64,000 bases of DNA from Squalus acanthias (Eukaryota): positions 17,050,001-17,114,000 of the forward strand of contig CM059448.1 of the NCBI GenBank assembly GCA_030390025.1, in the 5' to 3' direction. The position numbers and the translations under genes were made by a program. Below the pieces are notes generated by a model that was not told the DNA's origin, did no database searches, and was given only the letters and a program-made list of their open reading frames with translations. Below, one piece after another: positions 11,800 through 24,019 of this stretch (the stretch's first letter is position 1; each line of letters opens with the position of its first letter).

Positions 11800-12380
11800 T
11801 AGAAGGAGACAAGGAATTATAGCCCAATTAGTCTCATTTCTGTTATTGGTAAACTACAAAAAATTACTAAGTACTTGGAGAAATGTATGTCAGCACAGAT
11901 TTCCTTAGGGTTAGTCAAGCATGACCAGCCTTTTAGATTTCTTTGAGGAATGCAGTGGAAGTGGTTTATATGGATTTTCAAAAAATATTTGATAAGGTAC
12001 CACTGATAGACTTGTAGCAAAAATAATGGTGTGTGGAATAAAGGGGAAATGTGGCTAAATGCTGAAGTGATTGGAGTCAGAAAGCAGGAGACGTGATTGG
12101 AGTCAGAAAGCAAAGGCTTGGGGGTAAAAGGAAGTTTCCTGGACCAGAAAGATGGAGTTAGTGGTGTTCCACAGGGATCTGTGTTGGAATGACTTATTAC
12201 TGTGTACATAAATAATCTGGACTTTGGGAATGAGAAATTTGCTGATTACCCCAAATTGGAGGATATGGCAAATTGTAGTAGGGATTGAAAAAACCCACAG
12301 GAGACTTGGATAGGCTAGCATTTTGGGACTGGGGGAGAATATGTCTAGTTCTCATTGGTGAGGTAATGGGAAGGCTGTTT
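11800..12380 (+). mobile_element. Degenerate CR1 LINE RT fragment
   Basis: gtttatatggattttcaaaaaatatttgataaggtaccac (VYMDFQKxFDKVP), agtggtgttccacagggatctgtgttgg (SGVPQGSVLG), aaatttgctgat (KFAD). Confidence 0.8.
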
Positions 12381-13149
12381 AGGAACTGTAGAAATATCCT
12401 GTAGTATTCAGGTGGTTTAATGCTGGTACCTGGTGTGAATTGATCTGACAGCAACAGTGATTAGACTTTCTAATCTGACTTCACTGGTATATAAGACTGA
12501 AGCTGCCCAGAAGCTGTGGGAACCTGGTTGTCCTCCGGGTCAACGCTTACCCACATGGAGGGAGTGAAACTTCTGTCTACCTGGGCTACTCTCTCGGACC
12601 TCGCTGTGGTTAGTCTTAGGCTGGCGATGGTAGAGCTCTGGGAACATGGTCTCTCTGAGCTCTCGGTCAGGAAATGGTGCAGAGTAGGGGAAGGGAGGAA
12701 TCAAAAAAGTGGGGTGTGGGGAAGTGGAGAGAGCATAGGTCACCTAACAATGGAGAGTTAGGGAAGAAGCTGTGTTATACAAATACATTTTTTTTGGTGG
12801 TTTGGAATTCTCACTTGGCCTGTTAATCATAAAGGATCCCTGCTTCTTGCTTGCTTTGTATAAAAGCTGCTGCAGAGACTTGTATGATGAAGGGGTTGAC
12901 TTGCTGTGTAATATAAGTAACAAACTCATTGACAAATCATATGAAATTCCTTTGTCTACTATTAAACGTTAACTGACATGGGTCCTTTCATATGAATGTA
13001 TTTACTTGTTTGTTACTAATATTGCACAATATTGCTTCAACTCATAAACGTCTTATTGCACTGACGGGACTACAGGGCTTCTTTCTGTAACACTGCAGTG
13101 AATTGCCACTCCCCTGGTCCTAATTGTTCATCTTTATGTTCCAACCCAG

Positions 13150-13293
13150 AATGTCTTTCTCGTCGAACTTGAACCATTATGGGATGTTCCATGTCGCCAG
13201 TGTGAGTGATGTGCTGCTCGACACTGCTTTCACTCCCCCGTGCCAGCGTATGGGGGCAATGGTCGCCTTCCGCACCTTTGAAGACTTCGCCAG
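13150..13293 (+). CDS. ACACA: ACACA coding exon, (R)[47 protein letters not shown](R); regulatory phosphosite loop
   Basis: cccag acceptor, AG|gtaaga donor, 144 nt, phase 2-2; RMSF and [10 protein letters not shown] motifs correspond to mammalian Ser1200/Ser1215 sites. Confidence 0.97.
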
Positions 13294-13982
13294 GTAAGAT
13301 TGTCAGCACTTTTTATATTTTTAAAGCTTCAACTTCTAAACTTTTCTATCTGTGAGGAACACAGTGGCATTAAAATTATCTTATTGGGGATGAGATTGCA
13401 AAGTCCATTTATATATAAAAAAAAAAAAAAAAAAAAATTTTTTTTTTTTTAAAATTGGTGCCTGAGTCATCTGCAGATTTGAATTGCTGGCTTTTTTGAT
13501 GTTTTACAAGAACCACTCTCCTTGTTGTGAGTTACTGCTACAAACCCTTATCCTTCCACTATGTGGTTGGGGCAGGTTTGTACTGTGGGTCTTTGCTCTC
13601 TAGGAACCAAGTTCAGACTGCCCAAATTTGTAGGACCTTTCCAGCCAACAGACAGTAGAGGTTCCATCTCATTAGTTTGGTCGAGTTTGAACCCAAATCC
13701 CTGAGGTCAAAGGCCAGCATCTAATCTGCTGCACTATCCATTCTCCCACCGCTTCCTCTTTTAACTAAATATAGAGATTACCCGGCAGTAAACATTTTGA
13801 TCATGGGAATCAGCCGACCTTAACTACCAAAAAAAGAATGAAATCAGTCAGGACCCTGTAGCAATTCAAGGCTGCAGAGGTTAAGCGAGTGTTGAACTGT
13901 TCAGGCTTTGTTTCCATGAGGTTCATGATGTAATTTGAACTCTTCGATGTATGATTATCTTGTAACACACTTCAGTGTGCAA

Positions 13983-14140
13983 GCCAGCATGCGGGTGAGG
14001 GGCTGCAGCCTGCGGACTGGAGGGGGTTCAGGGGCTGTAGCCTGTGGGTCAGGGGCAGCAGCCTATGGACTAGCCTGTGGGTCAAGGGCTGCAGCCTGTA
14101 GACTGGCGTGCGGGTGAGGTGCTGCAGTCTGTGAACTGAA
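13983..14140. repeat. Degenerate GC-rich minisatellite
   Basis: Repeated units of gggtcaggggctgcagcctg(c/t)ggact, about 21-33 bp each. Confidence 0.7.
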
Positions 14141-14244
14141 CATGCTTTGTGTGTAAAATTTTCTAAGTGTCAGCTTCTCTCTGTTTGTTTGAATTTTTGA
14201 ATCCTGGAACATGTGAACAATTCTATCTACTTCTGTACTTTCAG

Positions 14245-14347
14245 AAACTTTCAGGATGTGACGAGCTGCTTTTCTGACTCCCCACCTGCAAGCCCCACCT
14301 TTCCTGAATCAGGACATGCCTCGTTGTATGATGAAGATGATAACAAG
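14245..14347 (+). CDS. ACACA: ACACA coding exon, (R)NFQDVTSCFSDSPPASPTFPESGHASLYDEDDNK
   Basis: ctttcag acceptor, AAG|gtaagt donor, 103 nt, phase 2-0; contains DSPPxSPTF. Confidence 0.96.
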
Positions 14348-14510
14348 GTAAGTAACACAGGCTCTGGACTACAGACATAAAGAGCATCAGATAGCTAATG
14401 GGCCAAACTCCAAATGCCTAACGTCCTAGTTAGAGCCTACATGAACAAGGGTGGTGCAGTGGTGAGAATAAACTCTGGCCATTGAATAGCACACTTATTT
14501 CGGACTCTTT

Positions 14511-15193
14511 GGGCTGGATTTTGATACTGGGGCGGGTTGGGGTCGTGTCATCCACTTTTCGTGTTATCCACCCGACTGCAATTGGATGTGGGGGATTGAT
14601 GCCATTTTCACCTAATTGGGCAATTGAGTTCCAGCATGTGGGAACCCATGAGCCAATTAGTGTTTTCAGTCTGAAAGTCGCCTCTGATGATGTCATCATT
14701 ACTGCTGCATTGAAGGTCTTCAGAGACTGCCTGGCCTTTGCTGTGAGAGGACCTGGATGCAAAATGAGAGTGAGAGACTTTGCTGTGAGAGGACCTGAAG
14801 GCAAAATGAGCAGCAGCAGCCGTAAGTCTGCTCCCAGATATTTTTCCTACTACTACTACTCCGTTGTAATAGTGGACCTGCAGCTGATAGTCAGCTTTCG
14901 AAATGTGCTCTCGCCAGGTTTCACAATCGTGGTTCAGAACATGCGTGCTTCACGTAGAACAAGGGTTAAAATCACAACGGCCTTTCAAAATGGCATTCTA
15001 CAGCCAATTTAGTGCTTGTTAAGGGCCTTAACAGCCTATCCCGCCTCTTAAAGGCGGGACGGAGTCGGGACCAGCAGACACGATTTAATGAAAATTGCGT
15101 GGAGGCGGACTTGTGCCCGCCCGCCAGTTTTCGCAATTTTAACCCCCTACCCGCCTCCAAACCCGCCTCCACTGGTCAATGAAAATCCAGCCC
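14511..15193. mobile_element. Non-autonomous PIF/Harbinger-like element
   Basis: Perfect 12-bp TIR gggctggatttt / aaaatccagccc, ttt on both flanks; internal ~42-bp tandem duplication near 14736-14812. Confidence 0.75.
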
Positions 15194-15316
15194 TTTAAAT
15201 CAGTATTAAGTAAAAGGCGTTCGATAAATGAGTATCTAAAAACATTTGTGTGTAGGATCAAGAAGACAATGGATAAAGGCGCCCTCCAATTCTTTTGACT
15301 CATTAACTGTGGATGG

Positions 15317-15785
15317 CAACAACAACTTGTATTTATAAAGTGCCTTTAACGTAGTAAAACGTCCCAAGGCGCTGCACAGGAGTATTTTGAGACACAAAAT
15401 TTGACACCGATCCACAAGGATAAATTAGGGCAGGTGACCAAAAGCTTGGTCAAAGAGGTAGGTTTTAAGGAGCATCTTAAAGGAGGAAAGAGAGGTAGCG
15501 AGGCGGAGAGGTTTAGGCAGGGAATTCCAGAGCTTAGGGCTAAGGCAACAGAAGGCACGGCCACCAATGGTTGAGCGATTATAATCAGGGATGCTCGAGG
15601 GCAGAATTAGAGGAGCGCATAGGCCATGGAGGGATTTGAAAACAAGGATGAGAATTTTGAAATCGAGGCACTGCTTAACCGGGAGCCAATGTAGGTCAGC
15701 GAGCACAGGGGAGATGGGCGAATGGGACTTGGTGCAAGTTAGGACACGGGCAGCCGAGTTTTGGATGACCTCAAGTTTACGTGGG
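15317..15785 (-). mobile_element. L2 LINE 3' end
   Basis: ORF 15425..15706(-) LADLHWLPVKQCLDFKILILVFKSLHGL...LWNSLP...FKMLLKTYLF; (caa)n tail. Confidence 0.88.
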
Positions 15786-16014
15786 GTTATATGCTGCAGT
15801 TTTCCTGCTTATCATAAACATTACATACAAGTTATATTCCAAGTTTTAGTATGTTCCATAAAACTAGACTGGTGGATACATTTCCTGCTCATTTAGGGGG
15901 TTGAAAATAGGGGTGTGTAAGAGTTATACATCAAATTTGATGGCCTTTTGGCATGGATTTGCAGTGCAGATGTTGAATAAGAATTAATATTTTGGAGAGT
16001 TCACAGTAAAATCA

Positions 16015-16255
16015 AATTTGGATGGCACTGAGTGAAAGTAGTTTAGAGTGCTGCCCTTTCACCCTTGATGACTTGAGTTCCAACCCAGTTTGGATAGATG
16101 GGCTGAAAGTCTCCACTCTGGTTGTTAACAGTCACAGTAAAATGTTTCATGGGCTCTCTGTACCCAGCTGCCAGTGCATGCAATCCACACCACAACATGG
16201 CCAATAGTTTGGCACTAATTGGCATTATGTAAGCAAATTGGCTCATAGCCATTGA
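16015..16255 (+). mobile_element. LF-SINE-like fragment
   Basis: tRNA-like head (ccctttcaccc...gagttccaaccc) and ttggcactaattggca block recalled from LF-SINE; shares gatgggctgaaagtctcc with the copy near 62272. Confidence 0.55.
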
Positions 16256-17635
16256 GGTTGATGGTGTTGGAAATGGAAAAGTTGCAGTGATGCAGTAGGA
16301 GATGCTCCTCCTGAGTAAGGTTTTTGCGACAGATTAGGGGGAGCGCTGCAGTGTATATAACTTGTGGTGTAACTGACCTGAAAGTGCTTGGTACAGAAAC
16401 TGCACCCAAAAAGAATAACCTTCCATTTTCCATCACTCATCTATCACCTTCATGAATGCACTTTCTTTGCAGCTGTATAAAGAGCCCTCTACATTGTGTA
16501 AAACCTGCTGTATACTTGACTTGATAGTGCCTGGTGCAAATGCCAAGTCCAGAGAGCAATAATTTTCCATTCCCATCACCTTTAATGATGAACCTTACTT
16601 CCGCCTCCCTCCTCCCCACAGTTCCTGTTTTGGGGCAGGAAGTCTTCACTCTGGAGGGTTTGAGTCTGAACTGATGGCAGGCGTCCAGACTAGAAAGGAG
16701 AAAACATTGGAGGGGGGCGGTGGTTGGGGTGGAAGCAAGAACAAATGAACAATCTTGGAGACTATTTCAATTGTGTGAGAAAAAAAAATCAGTCTTAAGA
16801 GGAAAATGATCTTTATGGTAGGTGAAAATGGGGCATCTTGAAAATCCTCATGAAAAAGCACAAGGCAAAATCCTTTGTCATCAGCAGTAACACTTAAAGC
16901 CTGATTGCTCGCTGTTGAAATAAATTGAAAGCTTTTCCTAGCTGCACTGGACGTGTGGAAGAGCTTCAAGCAGCTGAAGCTCCTACCACTGCTCATGTGA
17001 CTAGTGTCTGGTGCTTGATGTTTTTTCTACATGTGCCATTTTATAAAGCCAAAAGAATCTCCAAAATGAACTAAATGATGCACAAGACCACGCACTCCTA
17101 ACAGTTCTGTTTCCATGGCATCTTTTTAGACTCCGGCTTCCTGTTTTCCTGATTTTTGTAAGATTTTGGAATAGTACCCTGGGATATATGTGCCTGTGTT
17201 GAGAATTCCATCTCTCTGATCTGTAGATGAGTCTTGCTGATATAGGCTCAAGATACTCGAGGATTGAAGTAAGTCTGGAAAAGACCCTTTTGACTTGGAG
17301 GCAACTACCTCTATGAACCATTAGGAAATAGTATTGCGGGTAACAATGATGGTTATTAGGACCTGGAGCGTGTCTCCTTTGTTTAGTTCTGAATGTTACA
17401 CTTCTCATTTAGCCATTCACATGACTGTATCGCAGAAAACAAACAGACTTATGTGTGGCCTTGTTCTCTTTTGCGATAATATATGTGCGTTAACGGGGTT
17501 TCCTCCACGCTTCTGGCGAAGTTACAGTGGCAGCAGCTCCGAGGAAATTCCTGGCCTGCATATTTCCATAGTTTGCCGTGGCATTGTTTAAACCTAGTCT
17601 AATTACTCTTTCCGCCCCGCTTTTTAAATTTACAG

Positions 17636-17743
17636 AGTATGAGAGACGAACCCATTCATATCCTCAATGTGGCGATCAAGATTGATAATGACACTGATGA
17701 CGATCGCCTCGTGACGATGTTCGGAGAGTTCATGCACTCCATG
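17636..17743 (+). CDS. ACACA: ACACA coding exon, SMRDEPIHILNVAIKIDNDTDDDRLVTMFGEFMHSM
   Basis: tttacag acceptor, ATG|gtgagt donor, 108 nt, phase 0-0; EPIHILNVAIK motif. Confidence 0.95.
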
Positions 17744-17914
17744 GTGAGTACAAATGTACAATCCCTTTCATTATCGTTATGCTAGAATATAGGGTTGTTA
17801 CAAAGGCATATCAGAACAGTCTGCTTGCCCATGACTCTCATGTTGTCTTTAGGAAAAATAAGTGATGACTTTTTCACCAGTAACATTTGATAGTAGCTTT
17901 ATAATGTGCTGACC

Positions 17915-18310
17915 ACTCCCCTAATGGTTCACTTTGTAAATACACAATCCAGTGTAGGACTGGGCCATACACACCACGAAGGTCCCAGATTCGACCGCTG
18001 GTCTGTGCTCAATTAGTTGATCTCCGCTGCAGCAGCCGTTGGACTACCCTAATAGGCTTCAGTTCCCTGGGCTATAAAATCCATGATGGCTCCCACCCGT
18101 TACTCAGTGACAGCTGCTGGAGAGTGCGTGCATGTTTGGACATCAGGTGAGGACAAGATTGAGTTCCACTGTGATGTCCCAATGGCTGAATAGCCTGCCA
18201 ATACGCGCTGTCTTGACCCATGTGTAAAGAAGAATGACCACTTGATACCAGGGGGTGGCCAGTGCCCATCGAACCTTACCTTCGTACCTTCAAGAGAGGA
18301 GGGATAAATT
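17915..18310 (+). mobile_element. Family X SINE-like repeat, near full length
   Basis: Head gaaggtcccagattcgacc (B-box-like) and the same internal blocks as other copies. Confidence 0.65.
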
Positions 18311-19083
18311 TGGTGTGGAAGGGTATTAGAAAGTTTTGTTGATGCAGCACATTGTGAGGTGAAGTGATCGGAGATGGGTTTATGCCTCCGTGAGGTTGTC
18401 CAAGGAAATGCCCTGAGCAGACTAAGGTATGGGAATGCAAGGATGGCAAATGAGAGGTTGAGACCTAGTCTACTTTCCTACACTTCCTATACTCGGTGAG
18501 CTCAAAATATTGCAGAGGACTATAGGCAGGTCACCCTCAGTCAAGGAATAGTGGAAAGTAGTGAGTAGCAGGGGATCTTCTAAAATATTAGAACTTGGAG
18601 TTTAATATTTATAATTGTATCTTAGAGGTTGATTACATGAAAAAGGAACAGGCTTGTTGGCCCTCGTGGCCTTTTCCTTATCCATAAAATAAATGTTCTT
18701 GTGTTGCTAAACCTGTGTTGTGACCAAATATAGAGAAACAAGTGTTTGGGCAAGACATCTGAGAGATTCATGGATGAACATTTTCACCTGGCCAGTGTCC
18801 TATAAGGAGAGTCCCTAATATGAGGCAGGCTAATCAGTTCCATTCTTTTTTTGACAAAGTGAATTTCAGTGTTTGGATGACATTTTGCATGATTAGGTCA
18901 TTTATGTTACGCGAACAGCGAACTTCCTACAGGATTTATGACTTGTCAAGGTCCAAGAAATAAATAAAAAAGGAGCCTAGCTGAAAAATAGTAACAATGT
19001 TTTAGAACAAAACCCTAATTAATCATTGTTTATTATTAATAGAAAACTTCCTCCGTGTTGCAAGAGGTTTCAATACAACATTG

Positions 19084-19498
19084 GGTACGGTAATGTCGTG
19101 GTTGTTACTGGGCTAATAATCCGAAGAGTTCAAATCCCACCAGGGCAGTTTGAGAATTCAAATTAGTTTAAAAAAAAAATAATAATTTGGAAATGAAAAG
19201 CTGGTATCAGTAAAAGTGACCATAGAGCTGTCGGATTGTTGTAACAACCCACCTGGTTCACCCATGTCCTTTTTAGGGAAGGGAACCTGCCATCCTTATC
19301 TGGTCTGACCTATGTGACTCTGGTCCCACACCAATCTGGTCTACTCTTAACTGCCCTCTGCAGTGGCCTAGCAATCCACTCTGTTGTACCAAACCTGCAG
19401 CAGTTCAAAAATGTGGCCCAGTACCACTTTCTCAAGGCAACTGGGATAGGCAATAAATGCCGGCCTTGCCAGCTGTGCCCATATCCCAAGAATGAATG
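19084..19498 (+). mobile_element. tRNA-derived SINE with LINE-like 3' tail
   Basis: B-box-like gagttcaaatccc; tail ggcaataaatgccggccttgccagc...atcccaagaatgaat. Confidence 0.6.
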
Positions 19499-20444
19499 GG
19501 GGAGAAAAAATATATATTTAAATTTACACTTTAATGTAGTGAAACTTCACAAAGCGTTGGATCAAAATTGGGAGGAGAGTTGAGGAGGTGATCAAAGGTG
19601 TGGTCAAAGAGATAGAGGTGGCATTTGAAGATAGGAAGAGATGCAGAGAGGTTTAGAAGGCACACGCGCAATAGGCTAGACCCTGAAGAGTGGAAGGTGT
19701 GAGCTGGGACACCGAGCAGGAGAAGATCACAGACCTAGGGTGCAGTGAGGCAACAGACGAATCTCTAAATGACGATTTAGTCTGAAAGCAATGCACTGGG
19801 GATGGGAAGCCAGTGGAGGTCAGCGAGGATGAGGTGATCGGTGAATGGGACTCCGAATAGGATAGGGTGTCAGCAGTGAAGCGTTAAAAGTTTACGGTGA
19901 ATTTACACTGCATTCTGCAATGTAGCTCTAGGATTGGCTGGCTTGTGTCATGGGTCCAGCCTGGCCAGCCAACTGCTGCTAGTAATGGCAGGGGAAATTT
20001 GTGTATTGGGGCCAGCCGCCCATGTGGACATTGAACGAATGTGTTCTATCCTGAAAGCACCATTCTTGCTGGTATACAGTTTCATGTGTGCTGGCAGCCC
20101 TCTTGTACCTTGTTCAGGTGCCCATTTTTCATGTGTCAACCTAGACAGCAGGTGTGGCTAGATTATTCAACTGGTGAGGGCATGGCATCTGAGCCCAATG
20201 CTGTTGTCATCCAATATCCAAATACAAGCATTTTCTAGCAAGAGTCACAGAATTGGAGTAACCACCTCTCCCACCCCCAACTGAGATCTATTAACTCAGC
20301 GTTGATCGGGGAACTGGATCTGGAACCTTTTGTGGCTTAGAACTACACCAGGTGATGCCTTTGCCCACCTGTTGCTGTATGGCACACATACTGCAAAGAA
20401 TGGCTGAGAAACTTCATGATATGGTTTTTTTTTTCTTCTTCTAG

Positions 20445-20501
20445 AGATCAATTCTGTTCGACCACGGTATCCGCCGCCTGACCTTCCTTGTGGCTCAGAA
20501 G
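20445..20501 (+). CDS. ACACA: ACACA coding exon, RSILFDHGIRRLTFLVAQK
   Basis: long pyrimidine tract then ctag, AAG|gtaaag donor, 57 nt; GIRRLTF motif. Confidence 0.96.
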
Positions 20502-21547
20502 GTAAAGTCTCTTCACTCTCATCAAACTATTCCCATCTATTTCCAACAAACATAAATCAATTACAAAATGGCTTGCATAGAAACTGTGCAATTTAATTGA
20601 TTAAACCGTTGACCAGCTAATTTAGTGGATTCCTTAATCCAAATCCATTTGTAATAATGGGATATAAATGTAGTCATTTCTATGTAATTTGCCTTAAAGC
20701 GGCTCTGCCCTATATTTTTTTTACATGCTGTGCTGTTAATCAGTAATGTAAAATAATCTTGCATGAAAGGAAATGATAGAACGTGGGGAAAAAATTCAAA
20801 AAATAATTTCTATATTTCAAAAAAATCCATTCTGATTAAACTCATCAAAGTTGAGGCTTTGATCATCATTTTTTATCTTTATCGCTGGTTCTTTCTGTGC
20901 CCTGATTGCCTCTTTCGCAGTACAAACAAAGAAAAGTTTTTTTTTGCACTCGCTCTAGCGCAGCCGACTGTCTCAGTTTCTCTCCCTCTCCCCCACAACC
21001 CCTGCCCCATTACAAAGAACATCGTAACATCTATTTTTAAAACATTTTTTAATTCCTTCTCATTCCCAAACTCGATCATCACAAACTAAAAGTGGCTCGT
21101 AGTTATCACAAATCCATCTCTCTCAAATCCCTACCTTCTAGTCGTCCATAGAGCACATGATTTGTTGTGGTGTGGCACCCCACTCATTTTTCACACTCCC
21201 TGCCTGTAGCGTGACTTGTCTCCAAGTGCCACAGTTTTGCATAAAAAGTTCTGGATCTGAGTGGTAAGAAATCCCTTGCTGCAACAGATAACTTGTCCTA
21301 GCCGCCTGTCGGCACAGCTTTTCTAATGCAACAGCAGTAAAAAGAAATGTGAAAATCCACCAAATATTAAAATGTCATTCTTAGTCCGAATGATACATTT
21401 TACTAGCACTTGTCAAAATGTTAAGAGTTTTTAAAATGTGGGATTTATGGGGCAGAGCAGATTTAATATTTAATTATTGTTTGATAATTGAGTTTTGATT
21501 CTCCTACTAACAGCTTGTCCACTTTCTCTTTTCATTTTATCCTGAAG

Positions 21548-21592
21548 GATTTCCGGAAACAGTGCAATTATGAGGTGGATCGAAGATTCCAT
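21548..21592 (+). CDS. ACACA: ACACA 45-nt exon, DFRKQCNYEVDRRFH (likely cassette exon)
   Basis: TACTAAC at 21505-21511, pyrimidine tract, ctgaag acceptor, CAT|gtaagt donor, phase 0-0; near-identical to recalled human DFRKQVNYEVDRRFH. Confidence 0.94.
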
Positions 21593-22209
21593 GTAAGTAG
21601 CCAAGAATTATGGAATGGTTACTTGAGCATATTCTCCTCCCTTCGTTAATGTTAATGAAAAAATCGGCCTAATATTAGCTAAGGGAAGAAAATATACCCA
21701 TCTACCAGTTATGCTTGCATGTTCAGTCTGTTCTCATCGGCTGTTAAATGTGACCATCTGTATGAGGTGTTGGGTTTTTAGGACTAAATAATCACGGACT
21801 GAACAAAAGTTGCCCACTTATAACTGTGCCACTATAGAAATGGTCCTAAAAGCCTAATGGATTGGAGTCTTCAAAAATTTTCGGAGTAAAATATTTTATG
21901 AAAGGCTGATCTTTAAATGACTCTACTGTGATTTTATAAATTAATTAAAATTTGCCCTGGTTTCATTCGCAGTTCAGACCATTATCTATTACACCTCGCC
22001 TGATAAAGTGAGCAGTTGTCCTTCTTACAGGCTTATCCCTGTGCGAGTGGCTGCCAGAGCTTGCCCTCAGATTTTTGCCTCCCTCCCAGTGAGTGAATGA
22101 GTTTTTGTTTGGCATCTCTTGCTTGACAGTATGAACCTGAGCTGCAGCTCTTGTGGATAGTGAGTCGTGGGAATGAAGCAACATCCTAATGTTCCATGGT
22201 ATGGCACAT

Positions 22210-22482
22210 AGAAAGAAAGAACAAAGGATAAATATTAGCCAGGACACTGGGGATAACTCCCTTGCTGTTCTTTGAAATAGTGCCATGGGATCTTTTACGT
22301 CCACCTGAGAGAGCAGACGGGGCCTCAATTCAACGTCTCATCCGAAAGACACTGCACTTCCGACCGTGCAGTGCACAGTGAGTGTCGGCCTAGATTTTTG
22401 TGCTCAAGTGTCTGGAGTGGGACTTGAACCCATAACCTTCTGACTCAGAGGCGAGAGTGCTATCAACTGAGCCACAGCTGAC
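22210..22482 (-). mobile_element. SacSINE1-type DeuSINE, internally deleted
   Basis: Minus strand: tggctcagttg A box, ggttcaagtccc B box, Deu-domain core, (gaaa)n tail. Confidence 0.8.
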
Positions 22483-24019
22483 GCTACTATTGAAATCCTT
22501 GGGTTACTTAGCCTGTTCCTGGTGCTGATATATTTTGTTTCAGCTTTAAATCGGGGTATTTTTCCACAGTTCGTCAATCCTGGGCAATTAGGGTCTCTTT
22601 TGGTTTCTTTTTAATGATCTACATTAAAATGTCAAGCTATCAAAGCATGTTGTTTTTTGATTGTGATTTTTCTATCCCTTTCCACGTTGCCTGGTCTTTT
22701 TACAACACAAAAGTAGCAGTGAATTTGTGCACCGCTACCCAGAGTTTAATGGGCCAAAATTGCGCTGTGTGATATCTTCTCATGAAATTTCTTTGTCTAC
22801 TATTTTAACAACCGTGTTGAGCAGTTTACTTACAACTTGTGACAGAGGAGTGTCACATGAACATGGTGGAATGCATTCATTCCTAATTTTGCATAACGCA
22901 CTTTTAACTATTTAATGTGCTATATTTCACTTTGTCTCACTTGCATGGAGGAGAGACCCAACCAGGCTGGGTATTCCAGTTAGTGTCAGGCACAAGTGGC
23001 CCAGTGGGTGGAATTAGAGTGTTCCTAATGCCAATGTGTAGCTGTGTTCTTACCAGCTCGAGAATTTGTCTTCTGTTCATTAGATTAATTTTGAATGGAT
23101 TCTCCGTGAGAATGTAAAATGCAGATGCAATTTCTTTCTCTCTTGATGCACTTTTTTTCATTAACAAATAAAACAATCCACAGATACCATACTTACTAAT
23201 TTTATTTACTGTCTCTGTAATAAGCACCACAGGGAAGTGGGCAGGGGGTGCATAGCTGGTCCAATAATTATGTAATCTCTCTTCTTATCAGCCATTTAAC
23301 CTGATTATCAATGTAATAACAAGCTAAAATTATTTATTTTTTTTTGCTCGTTTTCAAATTTCCTGAGTTCCAGGGTGTCTTGAGCAGTTAAATTAAGCAC
23401 ATTATTATGATTGTCTAAGTAATGGCTGACTGCTCTCCCACAGCAGGGGCTAATGACCTCCATTGGCACTGCTGGATATTCAGGTTCAATTTGATGTAAC
23501 TGGTATTGACTTGAGGGGGGTAAAAAAGAAAAGCCTTTCCCCAAAACAGACATTAGGTAGCACTGATTTCAGTTTTTACGCAGCAGTACCTTTATATGGC
23601 AATGATATTTTCCTGGAAATTGGCAGTTCAGCCATTAAATATATCTCAGCCATTACCCCAACAATTGCGTCAGCCTAGTTGCATTTGCAAAGCAATAATG
23701 CCAGGTCTGAAGGGAGAAATAAACCTTTAAAAGCTGCTTTTTTTTTTATTGTTCTGGAGGAAGCAAAACTATGTTAATGAATTTCTTTTTATGGCTGCTG
23801 GAGCAATCTTTCTTTCTCCAGAAATACTATCAGTGGCTTGATCCAGTGTAATTCTGTGGGTGCTAAATGTGATTTATTATGTTCTTTTCGGTGCTTGATG
23901 CCTCTGGTTTTTTTTTTTTTTACTGTCCTCTTGTACGTCTGCGTGTTGGTCACAGACGCTTAACGTGGAATTTTAAAGGTATATATTTTTTTTCTCCTGT
24001 CACCCCTCTTTTTACACAG

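Noticed and set aside
13411-13456. A21 followed by T13 palindrome
   Set aside because: Homopolymer junction, low complexity and possibly a sequencing or assembly artefact
14482-15012. 176-aa plus-strand ORF
   Set aside because: Lies within a TIR-bounded non-autonomous element, includes a tandem duplication and has no recognisable domain
15305-15316. aactgtgga next to the tails of two L2 copies (15317 and 57259), suggesting target specificity
   Set aside because: The third L2 tail (28061) lacks it and the 57259 flank belongs to a family X repeat; likely coincidence
16345-16600. Two degenerate ~140-bp direct repeats
   Set aside because: Similarity is low and most simply explained as decayed repeat tails
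16640-17345. Coding-like sequence possibly from an old LINE or DIRS element (similar impression at 1450-1900 and 47370-47760)
   Set aside because: No motif I could identify with confidence
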